DNA from: Actinomycetales bacterium
GTDB lineage: Bacteria; Actinomycetota; Actinomycetes; S36-B12; UBA5976
Length of the DNA: 64,000 nucleotides
Direction of reading: 5' to 3'
Assembly (NCBI GenBank): GCA_018969715.1
Contig: JAGWXT010000007.1
Location: 11,044 to 75,043, forward strand
Program-made: the position numbers and the translations under genes
Notes under the pieces: generated by a model
What the model saw: only the letters and a program-made list of their open reading frames with translations
Databases searched by the model: none
Told to the model about the DNA's origin: nothing
Part shown: positions 25,652 to 34,319 of the stretch, piece by piece
Position numbering within the stretch: the stretch's first letter is position 1
How the letters are laid out: every line of letters begins with the position of its first letter

Positions 25652-26482
25652 CTACTTCAGCAGCGTGCCCGCGTCAACCGGCAGTGTGATGCCGGTGACG
25701 TAGCGTCCCTCATCCGAGGCGAGGTACAGAATGGCATTGCTGATGTCCACCGGGTCCACCCACGGCAGCGGCAGGCTGTTCTGCTCCCAGAACAGCGGCT
25801 CGACATCGGCCAGGGTGGGATCGTCGTGATCGGGTCGGAACAGCCGGAACAGGGCCTCATTGCGGATCATGTCGGTGAGCACGCTGGTGGGATGGACGGT
25901 GGTGACCCGAATCCGATGCGGTGCCAGCTCTCTGGCCATCGTGCGCATCAGCCCGATCAGGGCATGCTTGGTGGCGACGTAGTGGGCCTGGTTCTCCCAT
26001 GCCTTGAGCCCGGCAACCGATGAGATGAGGATGATCGAGCCACCTCGTCCGCGCTCCTTCATCACGGGAATTGCCGCGCGGCAGGTGTGCCAGACACCGG
26101 TGAGGTTCACCCCGATGACCTCATCCCACATCTGCTGGGTGATCTGCTCAACGGGGGCGAAGTTCAGCACGGCCGCGTTGGCCACGACGATGTCGATGCC
26201 GCCGAGCGTGGCAACGCCGCGTGCCACGGCATCGTCGACCGCCGCACCATCGCGAACATCGGCGGCGACGGTGACGATGCGGCGCCCGAGCGCCGTCACC
26301 AACGCAGCGGTCTGCGCGAGGTCATCGGGGGTGGCCAGCGGATAGGGCACGGTCGGCAGTGGGGCGCAGATGTCGAGGGCGAGGATGTCCGCACCCTCCT
26401 CGGCCAGCCGCACCGCGTGGCTGCGTCCCTGGCCTCGTGCGGCGCCGGTGATGAAGGCGACCTTTCCGGAAACGCGTCCCAT
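25652..26482 (-). CDS. SDR-family oxidoreductase, mycofactocin-dependent subfamily (carveol-dehydrogenase-like)
   Basis: GKVAFITGAARGQGRSHAVRLAEEGADILALDIC N-terminus and the YVATK catalytic pair, characteristic of the mycofactocin-coupled SDR subfamily. Confidence 0.8.
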   Translation of the reverse strand: MGRVSGKVAFITGAARGQGRSHAVRLAEEGADILALDICAPLPTVPYPLATPDDLAQTAALVTALGRRIVTVAADVRDGAAVDDAVARGVATLGGIDIVVANAAVLNFAPVEQITQQMWDEVIGVNLTGVWHTCRAAIPVMKERGRGGSIILISSVAGLKAWENQAHYVATKHALIGLMRTMARELAPHRIRVTTVHPTSVLTDMIRNEALFRLFRPDHDDPTLADVEPLFWEQNSLPLPWVDPVDISNAILYLASDEGRYVTGITLPVDAGTLLK

Positions 26483-26670
26483 GACGGTCCTCCCTCGCTA
26501 TTGCCACCGGCCGGGTTGCCGGACGGTTCCCCCGGGGTTGGGTGCCGATAGTATGCCCGTCACTTGTCTTCCGTCCTCAGGTTGTCGACAGTTGAGAATT
26601 GACGGGCGACAGTGGGTGGGGGGCAGGATGCGAACCCCCGGCGCAGCCGGGCCAATTCCGAGGAGGTGCT

Positions 26671-27612
26671 GTGGGCAGGCTGACCGGCCGTGTCGGTCTC
26701 ATCACCGGCGGCGCACGCGGGCAGGGGCGCGCGATCGCAGCGAAGTTCGCCGCTGAAGGCGCCGATATCGCCATCTGCGATGTCCCTGCACCATCTCCCC
26801 ACCTGGCCTATGCCACCGCGACCGAGGCTGACCTTGCCGCAACCGCCGACCTCGTGCAATCCGCCGGTCGACGCTGCCTGACGTTCATCGCCGATGTGCG
26901 CGATCAGGCAGCGCTCCATGCCTTCACGGCCGCCACCTGGGAGCAGTTCGGCCGGATCGATGTTGTCTGCGCGAATGCGGGGATCGCCGGGTGGTACCCA
27001 ACCCTGGAGATGCCCGAGGAGGTGTGGCAGGAGGTCATCGACGTCAACCTCACCGGGGTGTGGAAGACCGTCCGGGCCGCGGCCCCCTACCTGATCCGAC
27101 GCGGCGAGGGCAGTGTCATCCTGACCACGTCGACCAATTCGGTGGAGCCGCTGCGCAATATGAGCCACTATGTCGCCGCAAAGCACGGTGTCCTCGGCCT
27201 CATGCGTGCCTTCGCCCTCGAGTTGGGCGACCACGGCATCCGCGTCAATGCCGTGGCCCCGGGGATGGTGGCGACGCCGATGTCGGACAACCCCGCGGTG
27301 TACAACGTCGTCTTCGGTCGTCCGGACGTCTCACGTGAGGAGTACCTGCGCGCAGCGCACAACTGGACGGCACTGCGCAACCGCAATGCCCTGAGTGCGG
27401 CTGATGTCGCCGACGTCATGATCTGGCTTGCATCCGATGAATCGCGTCATGTCACCGGAATCGAGATCAACATCGATGCCGGGCACATGGTGCTGCCGGG
27501 CTACAACACCTCACCGGTGGTTGACCCGGATCTACCGCTGCGCGACTACGACCTCACAGCGCTCGGGCATGTTGGCAACCCAGCAGCTTCCCCAGCCGCA
27601 ACCACTTCGTAG
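26671..27612 (+). CDS. SDR-family oxidoreductase, mycofactocin-dependent subfamily
   Basis: GTG at 26671 is preceded by AGGAGG. The N-terminus reads GRVGLITGGARGQGRAIAAKFAAEGADIAICDV, with the YVAAK catalytic pair. The track ORF start at 26599 is probably too far upstream. Confidence 0.8.
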   Translation: MGRLTGRVGLITGGARGQGRAIAAKFAAEGADIAICDVPAPSPHLAYATATEADLAATADLVQSAGRRCLTFIADVRDQAALHAFTAATWEQFGRIDVVCANAGIAGWYPTLEMPEEVWQEVIDVNLTGVWKTVRAAAPYLIRRGEGSVILTTSTNSVEPLRNMSHYVAAKHGVLGLMRAFALELGDHGIRVNAVAPGMVATPMSDNPAVYNVVFGRPDVSREEYLRAAHNWTALRNRNALSAADVADVMIWLASDESRHVTGIEINIDAGHMVLPGYNTSPVVDPDLPLRDYDLTALGHVGNPAASPAATTS

Positions 27613-27642
27613 CCCCGCAGCCATTCAATAGAGGAGGACACC

Positions 27643-28092
27643 ATGGCAGTGAAAGCCCTTGACCACATTGCCGTCACCGTCAGCGACACCCAGCGCGCAC
27701 TGGACTTCTACTGCGGCATGCTCGGACTGGTCCAGGTTGAACAGCATCAGCTCGCGGCTGCGGATGTGAAGAAGGCCAATGACATCGACAACGCCCGCGG
27801 TCAGTCGACACGGCTTGCCGCCCCCGGCACCCCCCACATCCTGATTGACCTGATCGAGTTCTTCGACCTGCCCAAGGAGTCGGCGGCACCGCGTGCTGGT
27901 GTGGTGGGGGCAACTCACTTCGCCCTGAGTGTCGATGACATCTGGCAGTCCTATGAGGAACTGCGCGCCAAGGGAGTGGTCTTCGATGCCCAGCCGGCGA
28001 CCTTTCCCCTGGAGACCGGAGCGGTGACGGTGGTGTTCCTGTCGGACCCGGACGGCAACTCGATCGAGTTGACCGAGGAACACGGTCACTGA
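27643..28092 (+). CDS. VOC/glyoxalase-family protein
   Basis: 149 aa. LDHIAVTVSD...ALDFY and HFALSVDD...DPDGNSIEL are typical paired beta-alpha-beta-beta-beta modules. Confidence 0.8.
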   Translation: MAVKALDHIAVTVSDTQRALDFYCGMLGLVQVEQHQLAAADVKKANDIDNARGQSTRLAAPGTPHILIDLIEFFDLPKESAAPRAGVVGATHFALSVDDIWQSYEELRAKGVVFDAQPATFPLETGAVTVVFLSDPDGNSIELTEEHGH

Positions 28093-28099
28093 GGCCCGC

Positions 28100-28906
28100 G
28101 TGGACTTCACACCCGGCTCCACCTACCTCATGCCGGTGGCCTTCGGGCCGCTCCCTCCGCATCCGGCGGGCGTGTTCGAGGACGTGCGCACCCTGACGGC
28201 GGTGTTCACCACCACACCGCAGGCCATTGCGCGCGTTCTCCCGGCACCATTCACCCCCGGCCGGTCCCCACAGCTCATCGCCTACATGCAGCGGTGCCGG
28301 GGGGTGAACTTTCTCGCCGGCGGCGAGTACCGGCTGATGGGGGTGAATGTGACGGCCACTTTTCCGGCGGCAACCGGTCCGATCGAGGGGGAGTTCGCGC
28401 TCATCCTGTGGGAGACGAGCATCGAGGCGATCATCCGTGGGCGGGAGATCCTCGGCATCCCGAAACTGCTCGCGGAGATCGACGATCCGAGTCCGCGCGA
28501 TGGCCGGTACCGGGTGACCGCGCGTGAGAACGGCGCCGATCTGATGAGCCTGGATCTCACCGGTGAGCGGGCGATGACCGACGCCGAGGTGGCCGACCTC
28601 GCCGCACCCGCCACACCCTCGGCGTGGTTCGGCTGGAAGCGCATCCCGCAGATCGACGGGGTCGGGGTCGCCGTCAACCAGGCGACCTTCATCGACATCG
28701 CCAACCGCCCGACCGCCGGCACCTGGTGCACGGGCGCGGTGGAGTTCGGGGACCTCACCTGGCAGGCGAACCCGACCAGTTCGCGCATCACCGCCGGCCT
28801 GCGCGAGTTCCCGTTGCTCGGCTGTGAGCGGGCATACGTGACCGAGGGGACCGTCCAGTTGACCCGGGCCGGCCACCGGGTGCTGGCGGAGGTCCCTACG
28901 GGGTGA
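28100..28906 (+). CDS. acetoacetate-decarboxylase (ADC)-family protein
   Basis: 268 aa. The overall pattern and the GREILGIPK segment (candidate Schiff-base Lys) resemble the ADC/MppR family. This assignment comes from memory of the family only. Confidence 0.5.
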   Translation: MDFTPGSTYLMPVAFGPLPPHPAGVFEDVRTLTAVFTTTPQAIARVLPAPFTPGRSPQLIAYMQRCRGVNFLAGGEYRLMGVNVTATFPAATGPIEGEFALILWETSIEAIIRGREILGIPKLLAEIDDPSPRDGRYRVTARENGADLMSLDLTGERAMTDAEVADLAAPATPSAWFGWKRIPQIDGVGVAVNQATFIDIANRPTAGTWCTGAVEFGDLTWQANPTSSRITAGLREFPLLGCERAYVTEGTVQLTRAGHRVLAEVPTG

Positions 28907-30353
28907 CGCTGTCCCGGTTGACCGCGCGTGGCGCGGTGCTGGCCTTGAAGGTCGAGTTCGCCACGTGGACCGGTGAGAAGCCGGGGCGGTGCACGTATGC
29001 ACCGTCGCCGGCCTGGGCCAGCACCTCGCCGTCGCGGTAGGCAATGCGGCCGTTGCTGATGGTGATGATCGGCAGCCCGGTGCAGGCGTACCCCTCGAAG
29101 ACGTTGTAGTCGATCCGGCTGACCTGCGTGGCCGCACTGATGGTCTTGGTCGCAGCCGGATCCCAGATCACGACATCGGCGTCCGCACCGGGGGTGACAA
29201 CCCCCTTGCGGGGGTAGACGTTGAGGATGCGCGCGGCATTCGCCGAGGTGACCGCGACGAACTCCTCCTTCGTCAGCCGTCCGGTGACGACGCCGGCGGT
29301 CCACAGCACGGGCATCCGATCCTCGAGTCCCCCGGTGCCATTCGGGATTCTGGTGAAGTCCCCCTTGCCCATCCGCTTCTGCTCGGTTGTGAAGGAGCAG
29401 TGATCGGTGGCGACCACCTGCAGTGAGCCCGACTGCAGGCCCGCCCACAATGAGGCGTGATGGTCGGCGGTGCGGAACGGCGGTGACATCACGCGCCGTG
29501 CTGCGTGGTCCCAATCCGGGTTGCGGTACTCGTCCTCGGTCAGCACCAGATACTGGATGAGGGGCTCGCCGTACGCTCGAACGCCCCGTTCCCGGGCGCG
29601 CTTGACCGCCTCATGGGCATCGCGGCTGGACGTATGGACGATGTACACCGGCACACCGGCCATGTCAGCGATCATGATCGCGCGGTTGGTCGCCTCGCCC
29701 TCAACCTCCGGCGGACGTGAGTAGGCATGTCCCTCCGGTCCGGTGATGCCGCGTTCGAGCAGTGACTGCTGCAGCCGCCACACGACGTCGCCGTTCTCGG
29801 CATGGACAAGTGGCAGCGCGCCGAGCTCAGCGCATCGACTGAATGAGTTGTACATCTCGTCATCGTTGACCATCAGGGCGCCCTTGTAGGCCATGAAGTG
29901 CTTGAAGGTGTTGACCCCGTACTCACGGACGGCGGTCTCCATCTCCTTCCAGATCGACTCCTCCCACCATGTGATGGCCAGATGGAACCCGTAGTCCGCT
30001 GCCGCCTTGCGGGACTTCTCCCGCCAGGCGAGGTAGGCCTCCGCCAGGGACTGCCCGGGAGCGGGGATGCAGAAGTCAACGACCATCGTCGTTCCCCCCG
30101 AGAGGGCGGCCTTCGTTCCCCACTCGAAGTCGTCGGCGGACACCGTCCCCATGAACATCAGTTCCAGGTGGGTGTGCGGATCGATGCCGCCGGGCATGAC
30201 GTAGCAGCCGGCAGCGTCAATAACCTCCGCACCAGGTGGCGTCGGCAGATCGCGGGCGACCTGGGTGATGGTGCCATCCTCGATGAGGACGTCTGCGGGC
30301 CGCGAGACATCGGCGTTGACGACGGTGCCGCCCTTGATCAGCAGTGTGCTCAT
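28896..30353 (-). CDS. dihydropyrimidinase / D-hydantoinase
   Basis: 485 aa from MSTLLIKGGTVVN (ATG at 30353), with GGIDPHTHLE, a carboxylated-Lys region FKHFMAYK and VHAENGD. The extra 50 codons in the track ORF lie in a repeat element. Confidence 0.9.
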   Translation of the reverse strand: MSTLLIKGGTVVNADVSRPADVLIEDGTITQVARDLPTPPGAEVIDAAGCYVMPGGIDPHTHLELMFMGTVSADDFEWGTKAALSGGTTMVVDFCIPAPGQSLAEAYLAWREKSRKAAADYGFHLAITWWEESIWKEMETAVREYGVNTFKHFMAYKGALMVNDDEMYNSFSRCAELGALPLVHAENGDVVWRLQQSLLERGITGPEGHAYSRPPEVEGEATNRAIMIADMAGVPVYIVHTSSRDAHEAVKRARERGVRAYGEPLIQYLVLTEDEYRNPDWDHAARRVMSPPFRTADHHASLWAGLQSGSLQVVATDHCSFTTEQKRMGKGDFTRIPNGTGGLEDRMPVLWTAGVVTGRLTKEEFVAVTSANAARILNVYPRKGVVTPGADADVVIWDPAATKTISAATQVSRIDYNVFEGYACTGLPIITISNGRIAYRDGEVLAQAGDGAYVHRPGFSPVHVANSTFKASTAPRAVNRDSVTP

Positions 30354-30366
30354 GGCGTCATTATGC

Positions 30367-30473
30367 GCCGCGGGCGACCCCGGTTGCCTGCCAGCCCAGG
30401 CGGGGCCGACCCAGGCTCCTGCCGGCTCAGGCGGGGCCGAGGGCGAGGGCGGCGTAGCGGTGGATCCGCTCCC
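30367..30473. repeat. left copy of 107-bp imperfect direct repeat
   Basis: Aligns base-for-base with 31483..31589 apart from a few substitutions (gccgcgggcgaccccggttgcctgcc...ggcgtagcggtggatccgctccc). It contains an internal 31-bp-period sub-repeat. Confidence 0.9.
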
Positions 30474-31365
30474 AGTGGCGACGTGTTCGGCTCTGGTGCT
30501 CACTGGCCGCCGCTAGGCAGATGGCGCGCGGGTCGGTGGGTGGGATCGCAAGCAGTCGCAGGCACTCGATTGCGAGGTCCAGTCGCTCGTAGAGAGCGCA
30601 GACGGCGAGGTAGCGCCCCAATGAATCCGAGTTCGGAGCGGTCAGGGCAACAGCCTCCGGTGAACGCAGGAAGAGGGCATCGGCGAAGGCAAGCTGGCCG
30701 TACGCGTTGAACTGCGTCCTTTCCCATCGGACCGGATTGAGCAGGTCGATGAATTCGAATCCTCGGGCCACAAGGTGGGCCGACACATCCGCGAATAGCG
30801 GTTGACCTGAGTACATCTCCTGGAACTCCGATTCCACCTCCAGCCCTAAGCAGGTGTCCAGCAGGCGATCGGCTCCCCGCAGAATCGAGAGCTCAGTTCC
30901 CTGCGTGTCAAGCTTGATGAAGTCCGCCTCGGTCACACCGATGGAATCCAGGGAGGTCGCGTCGACCTCCGAAAAGGCGACGATCTCGAAGCGCCCCACT
31001 TCGGGAAAGCGAGCCAGCCACTTGCTATTCGGGATAAGGGCTGACGAGCACATAGGTTTCGCGCACAGATTGAAGGTGATCCTCCCGGCGTCGGCTGCGA
31101 GGACCTCGGGGCGCAGCAGGTAGGACCGACATCCGTGGTCCCGTGCGAGCAGTTCAGCTCGCGAACGCTCATCGGGCTCAAAGCCGAGATAATCCACGGA
31201 GCCGGCGATGGCGGCCCACCGCGGCGGCAGTTCGCCCGCGGCGCCAACGTCTACGAGCCGTAGGCTGCGCTGATCCAGCAGTGAGCTGACGGTGCGCTGC
31301 AGCGGCCGGATGCGGCGGTCCAGCAGGTGCCGGGCCGCGGCACTGCGCAGGCGGGAAATCGCCAT
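30427..31365 (-). CDS. FkbM-family SAM-dependent methyltransferase (second copy, low-GC)
   Basis: 312 aa with VDVGAAGE (SAM loop) and FIKLDTQGTELSIL. GC is 33/60 at 30781. The last 15 or so codons are encoded by the left direct repeat. Confidence 0.75.
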   Translation of the reverse strand: MAISRLRSAAARHLLDRRIRPLQRTVSSLLDQRSLRLVDVGAAGELPPRWAAIAGSVDYLGFEPDERSRAELLARDHGCRSYLLRPEVLAADAGRITFNLCAKPMCSSALIPNSKWLARFPEVGRFEIVAFSEVDATSLDSIGVTEADFIKLDTQGTELSILRGADRLLDTCLGLEVESEFQEMYSGQPLFADVSAHLVARGFEFIDLLNPVRWERTQFNAYGQLAFADALFLRSPEAVALTAPNSDSLGRYLAVCALYERLDLAIECLRLLAIPPTDPRAICLAAASEHQSRTRRHWERIHRYAALALGPA

Positions 31366-31482
31366 CTGCCCTCCTCAACTGGTCACGTGCGAATTCACGG
31401 TGACGCACGTGCGGCTGGCGGCAGCCTCAAGTACGTGGCTGCATTGTGTCGGAGGGTGTCGCAGGTCGAGGCGAGGGCGTGT

Positions 31483-31589
31483 GCCGCGGGCGACCCCGGT
31501 TGCCTGCCGGCTGAGGCGGAGCCGACCCAGGCTCCTGCCGGCTGAGGCGGGGCCGAGGGCGAGGGCGGCGTAGCGGTGGATCCGCTCCC
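31483..31589. repeat. right copy of 107-bp imperfect direct repeat
   Basis: See the left copy. The two copies are 1116 bp apart and bracket the FkbM gene. Confidence 0.9.
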
Positions 31590-31603
31590 GGTACCGTGCA
31601 CGC

Positions 31604-32869
31604 ATGCCGGCATGGGCGCGCTGGGTGGCCGTCCTGGTCGGGGCACTGGTGGTGACGGCTGGCACCGTCGTTGTCGCGGTGCGTATCTGGGAGGCCGTTG
31701 CCGATCGAGCGGTCGCCACCGAACAGGAGCGCTTGGATCCCTTCTACACCGCGCCTGCGTTGCTGCCGGGGCCGCCCGGCACCCTCATCCGCACAGAGCC
31801 TCTGGCCCTGAGCATTACCGGCGGCCGGGCCCTGCGCATGCTGTACGTCAGCGAACGGGCCGATGGTGAGCCGACGGTCAGTGGGGGGATGGTCTTCGTG
31901 CCGTCAGCGCCGGCGCCGACCGGTGGCCGTCCCGTTGTGGCGTGGGCGCACGGCACGATCGGGATGGGTGATGCCTGCGCTCCGTCCCGCGCCAGCGACC
32001 CCCTGCTTGACACCCAGGGCTGGCTTGAGCAGATGCTTGCCCTCGGCTGGGTTGTCACGGCCACCGACTACGCCGGCCTCGGCACGGCCGGTGCGCAGCG
32101 CTACCTCGTGGGACAGTCCGAAGCACGGGATGTGGTGAACTCCGTGCGGGCCGTACGGACGATCCCTGATGCGCAGCCGGGGGACCGGTTCGCGGTGTGG
32201 GGGCACTCCCAGGGTGGGCATGCCGCGCTCTGGACCGGCCAGCTCAGCGGCGAACTTGCCGCGGACCTCACCCTTGTCGGGGTCGCCGCCGCGGCACCGG
32301 CCGCGCGCCTGGTCGACATCATCGGCGCGCAATGGCGCACGCTGATCGCCTGGGTCATCGGACCGGAGGTCGCGATCGGCTGGCCGGCCACCGACCCGAG
32401 TCTGCGTCCAGCGGCGATCCTCACCAGATCGGGCCTGCGTTCCTATGAGCGCGTTGCCGCGGACTGCATTACGTCTGTGGACCTGAAGGTGGACGTGGGA
32501 CTTCGTCGCCTCGCTGGGGAGCAGTTCTTCGCCGTCAACCCGCTCGCTATGCCGGCCTGGCTGGCCTTCGCCACGGAGCAGACCCCGGCGCCGCTCACGG
32601 ACGTCCCGGTCTTCATCGGCCAGGGCACCGCCGATGAGGTCGTCCTGGCGTGGCCGAATGCTGCCCTGCAGGAGCAGTGGTGTGCTGCAGGTGTCGACCT
32701 CACCATGCTCTGGCTCGGTGGGGTGGGTCACATGAGTGCCGCGAATGCGGCAGGGCCCTCGGCGGTGGCATGGATCGCCGACCGGTTGGCCGGCCGACCT
32801 GCCGTGCGCACCTGTGACCTGCCGCCACCGGTGGCTCAGCCCGGTGGCGGCGCTGGTACCCGCGGGTGA
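31604..32869 (+). CDS. secreted lipase / alpha-beta hydrolase (LIP family-like)
   Basis: 421 aa with an N-terminal TM/signal segment, the nucleophile elbow GHSQGG, and C-terminal GTADEVV and GVGH motifs. Confidence 0.7.
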   Translation: MPAWARWVAVLVGALVVTAGTVVVAVRIWEAVADRAVATEQERLDPFYTAPALLPGPPGTLIRTEPLALSITGGRALRMLYVSERADGEPTVSGGMVFVPSAPAPTGGRPVVAWAHGTIGMGDACAPSRASDPLLDTQGWLEQMLALGWVVTATDYAGLGTAGAQRYLVGQSEARDVVNSVRAVRTIPDAQPGDRFAVWGHSQGGHAALWTGQLSGELAADLTLVGVAAAAPAARLVDIIGAQWRTLIAWVIGPEVAIGWPATDPSLRPAAILTRSGLRSYERVAADCITSVDLKVDVGLRRLAGEQFFAVNPLAMPAWLAFATEQTPAPLTDVPVFIGQGTADEVVLAWPNAALQEQWCAAGVDLTMLWLGGVGHMSAANAAGPSAVAWIADRLAGRPAVRTCDLPPPVAQPGGGAGTRG

Positions 32870-33519
32870 CGCAAGCCCGGGTGACCTGACGGCAGGCTGC
32901 GGCTGATGATGACCCAGGAGCCGAGCACGGTGAGGATCACCAGAACGTAGAACACCGGGCGGATCGCGGCCAGCGCCCACAGGTCCTCATTGCGGATCAA
33001 CGGGATCTGGGCGATCGCCCGGATGACGTTGAGCAGCACCCAGAGCCACGAGGCGTTCGCGTAGGCACGCCGCAGATCCGGATCCTGTCGCCAGCGCATC
33101 CCCGTGCCGGCGATCGGTCCGACGATCACCCCCAGCAGCGGCCAGCCGATGAGGATGGAGAAAGCGAAGGCCACCGCCGACAGGGCATTGGCGAGCACGA
33201 GCGGCCAGAAGTACGCGACCGCATTGCCGGTGGCGAAGGCCACCAGGGCGCCGAGCAGGACAACCATGAGGGCCCCGGCAACCCGGATTGGTCGCTCCCG
33301 TCGACGCAGCCGCAGGGCCGCGAGGACGCCGGCTACCGCAAGGGTCAGTCCGAGCGCCCATGCCAGTGAACGGCCACTGGCGAAGTAGGCACCGACGAAG
33401 ATGAACGGCGGCAGCATTCCCTCGACTGCGCCACGCCAGCCGCCGATCAGGGTGCGCAGGGTCTGGCGGTCACTGAGCTCAGCCGCTGGCACCCCCCGCA
33501 GGCCTTCCTGCTCGGTCAC
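32836..33519 (-). CDS. DUF3159-like membrane protein
   Basis: 227 aa, polytopic. The N-terminal segment LIGGWRGAVEGMLPPFIFV resembles DUF3159 proteins. Confidence 0.5.
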   Translation of the reverse strand: MTEQEGLRGVPAAELSDRQTLRTLIGGWRGAVEGMLPPFIFVGAYFASGRSLAWALGLTLAVAGVLAALRLRRRERPIRVAGALMVVLLGALVAFATGNAVAYFWPLVLANALSAVAFAFSILIGWPLLGVIVGPIAGTGMRWRQDPDLRRAYANASWLWVLLNVIRAIAQIPLIRNEDLWALAAIRPVFYVLVILTVLGSWVIISRSLPSGHPGLRHPRVPAPPPG

Positions 33520-34319
33520 CCCGACACCCTAGTCACGTCCGAGTGGTTCCCCCGTGGGCGCGCATCGGCGATGGCGGCCGCGGTCGCGAGGACCTCGTCC
33601 ATCATGTGCGCGGTCAACCGGCCAGTGAAGGTGTTCTGCTGGCTTGGGTGGTACGAGGCAAGCAGAGCCACCCGTCCCGTGGCCATGGTGACGTGATGGT
33701 GACGGCCGTGACCGAATGCCGGGCGTGGTCGCAACGACGTCACCCCCAGCCGGATGAGGCTGGAGATCACCGCCTGCCAGGCGAACCCGCCGAGGACCAC
33801 GATCACCGACAGCCCTGCGGCGAGCAGCAACAGTTCGGCGTCAAGCCACTGTCCGCACTGGCGTGCCTCCGACGTTGTCGGCCGATTCGCCGGGGGAGCA
33901 CAGTGGACCGCGGCGGTGAGCCGGGTGCGATACAGGTGCTGGCCATCATCGCGGCCGACCGAATACGGCAGGCTGGCCAAGCCGACGCGGAACAGGGATG
34001 CGAACAGCCAGTCGCCACTGCGGTCGCCGGTGAACAGTCGACCCGTCCGGTTGGCGCCATGGGCTCCCGGCGCAAGTCCCACGATGAGGATCTCCGGGGC
34101 GGTGCAGCCGAATCCCGGTACCGCGGCACCCCAGTACTGGTCATCGCGGTAGGCGGCTCGACGTTGCTGGGCAACAGCCTCCCGCCACTGGACGAGACGG
34201 GGGCAGGCGCGGCAACCGCGGATCCCCGCGTCCACGTCAGCCAGGGTGACCAGGTCACGGGCAGCAGGTACGCCGGTTGGTGGTGTCACGAGGGTGGTCG
34301 GCTGAGCAGCGATGCGCAT
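33516..34319 (-). CDS. uracil-DNA glycosylase, family 5-like (UdgB)
   Basis: 267 aa from MRIAAQ (ATG at 34319), with the Fe-S Cys motif CRACPRL and the motif GLAPGAHGANRTGRLFTGD. The longer track ORF overlaps the upstream gene. Confidence 0.8.
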   Translation of the reverse strand: MRIAAQPTTLVTPPTGVPAARDLVTLADVDAGIRGCRACPRLVQWREAVAQQRRAAYRDDQYWGAAVPGFGCTAPEILIVGLAPGAHGANRTGRLFTGDRSGDWLFASLFRVGLASLPYSVGRDDGQHLYRTRLTAAVHCAPPANRPTTSEARQCGQWLDAELLLLAAGLSVIVVLGGFAWQAVISSLIRLGVTSLRPRPAFGHGRHHHVTMATGRVALLASYHPSQQNTFTGRLTAHMMDEVLATAAAIADARPRGNHSDVTRVSG

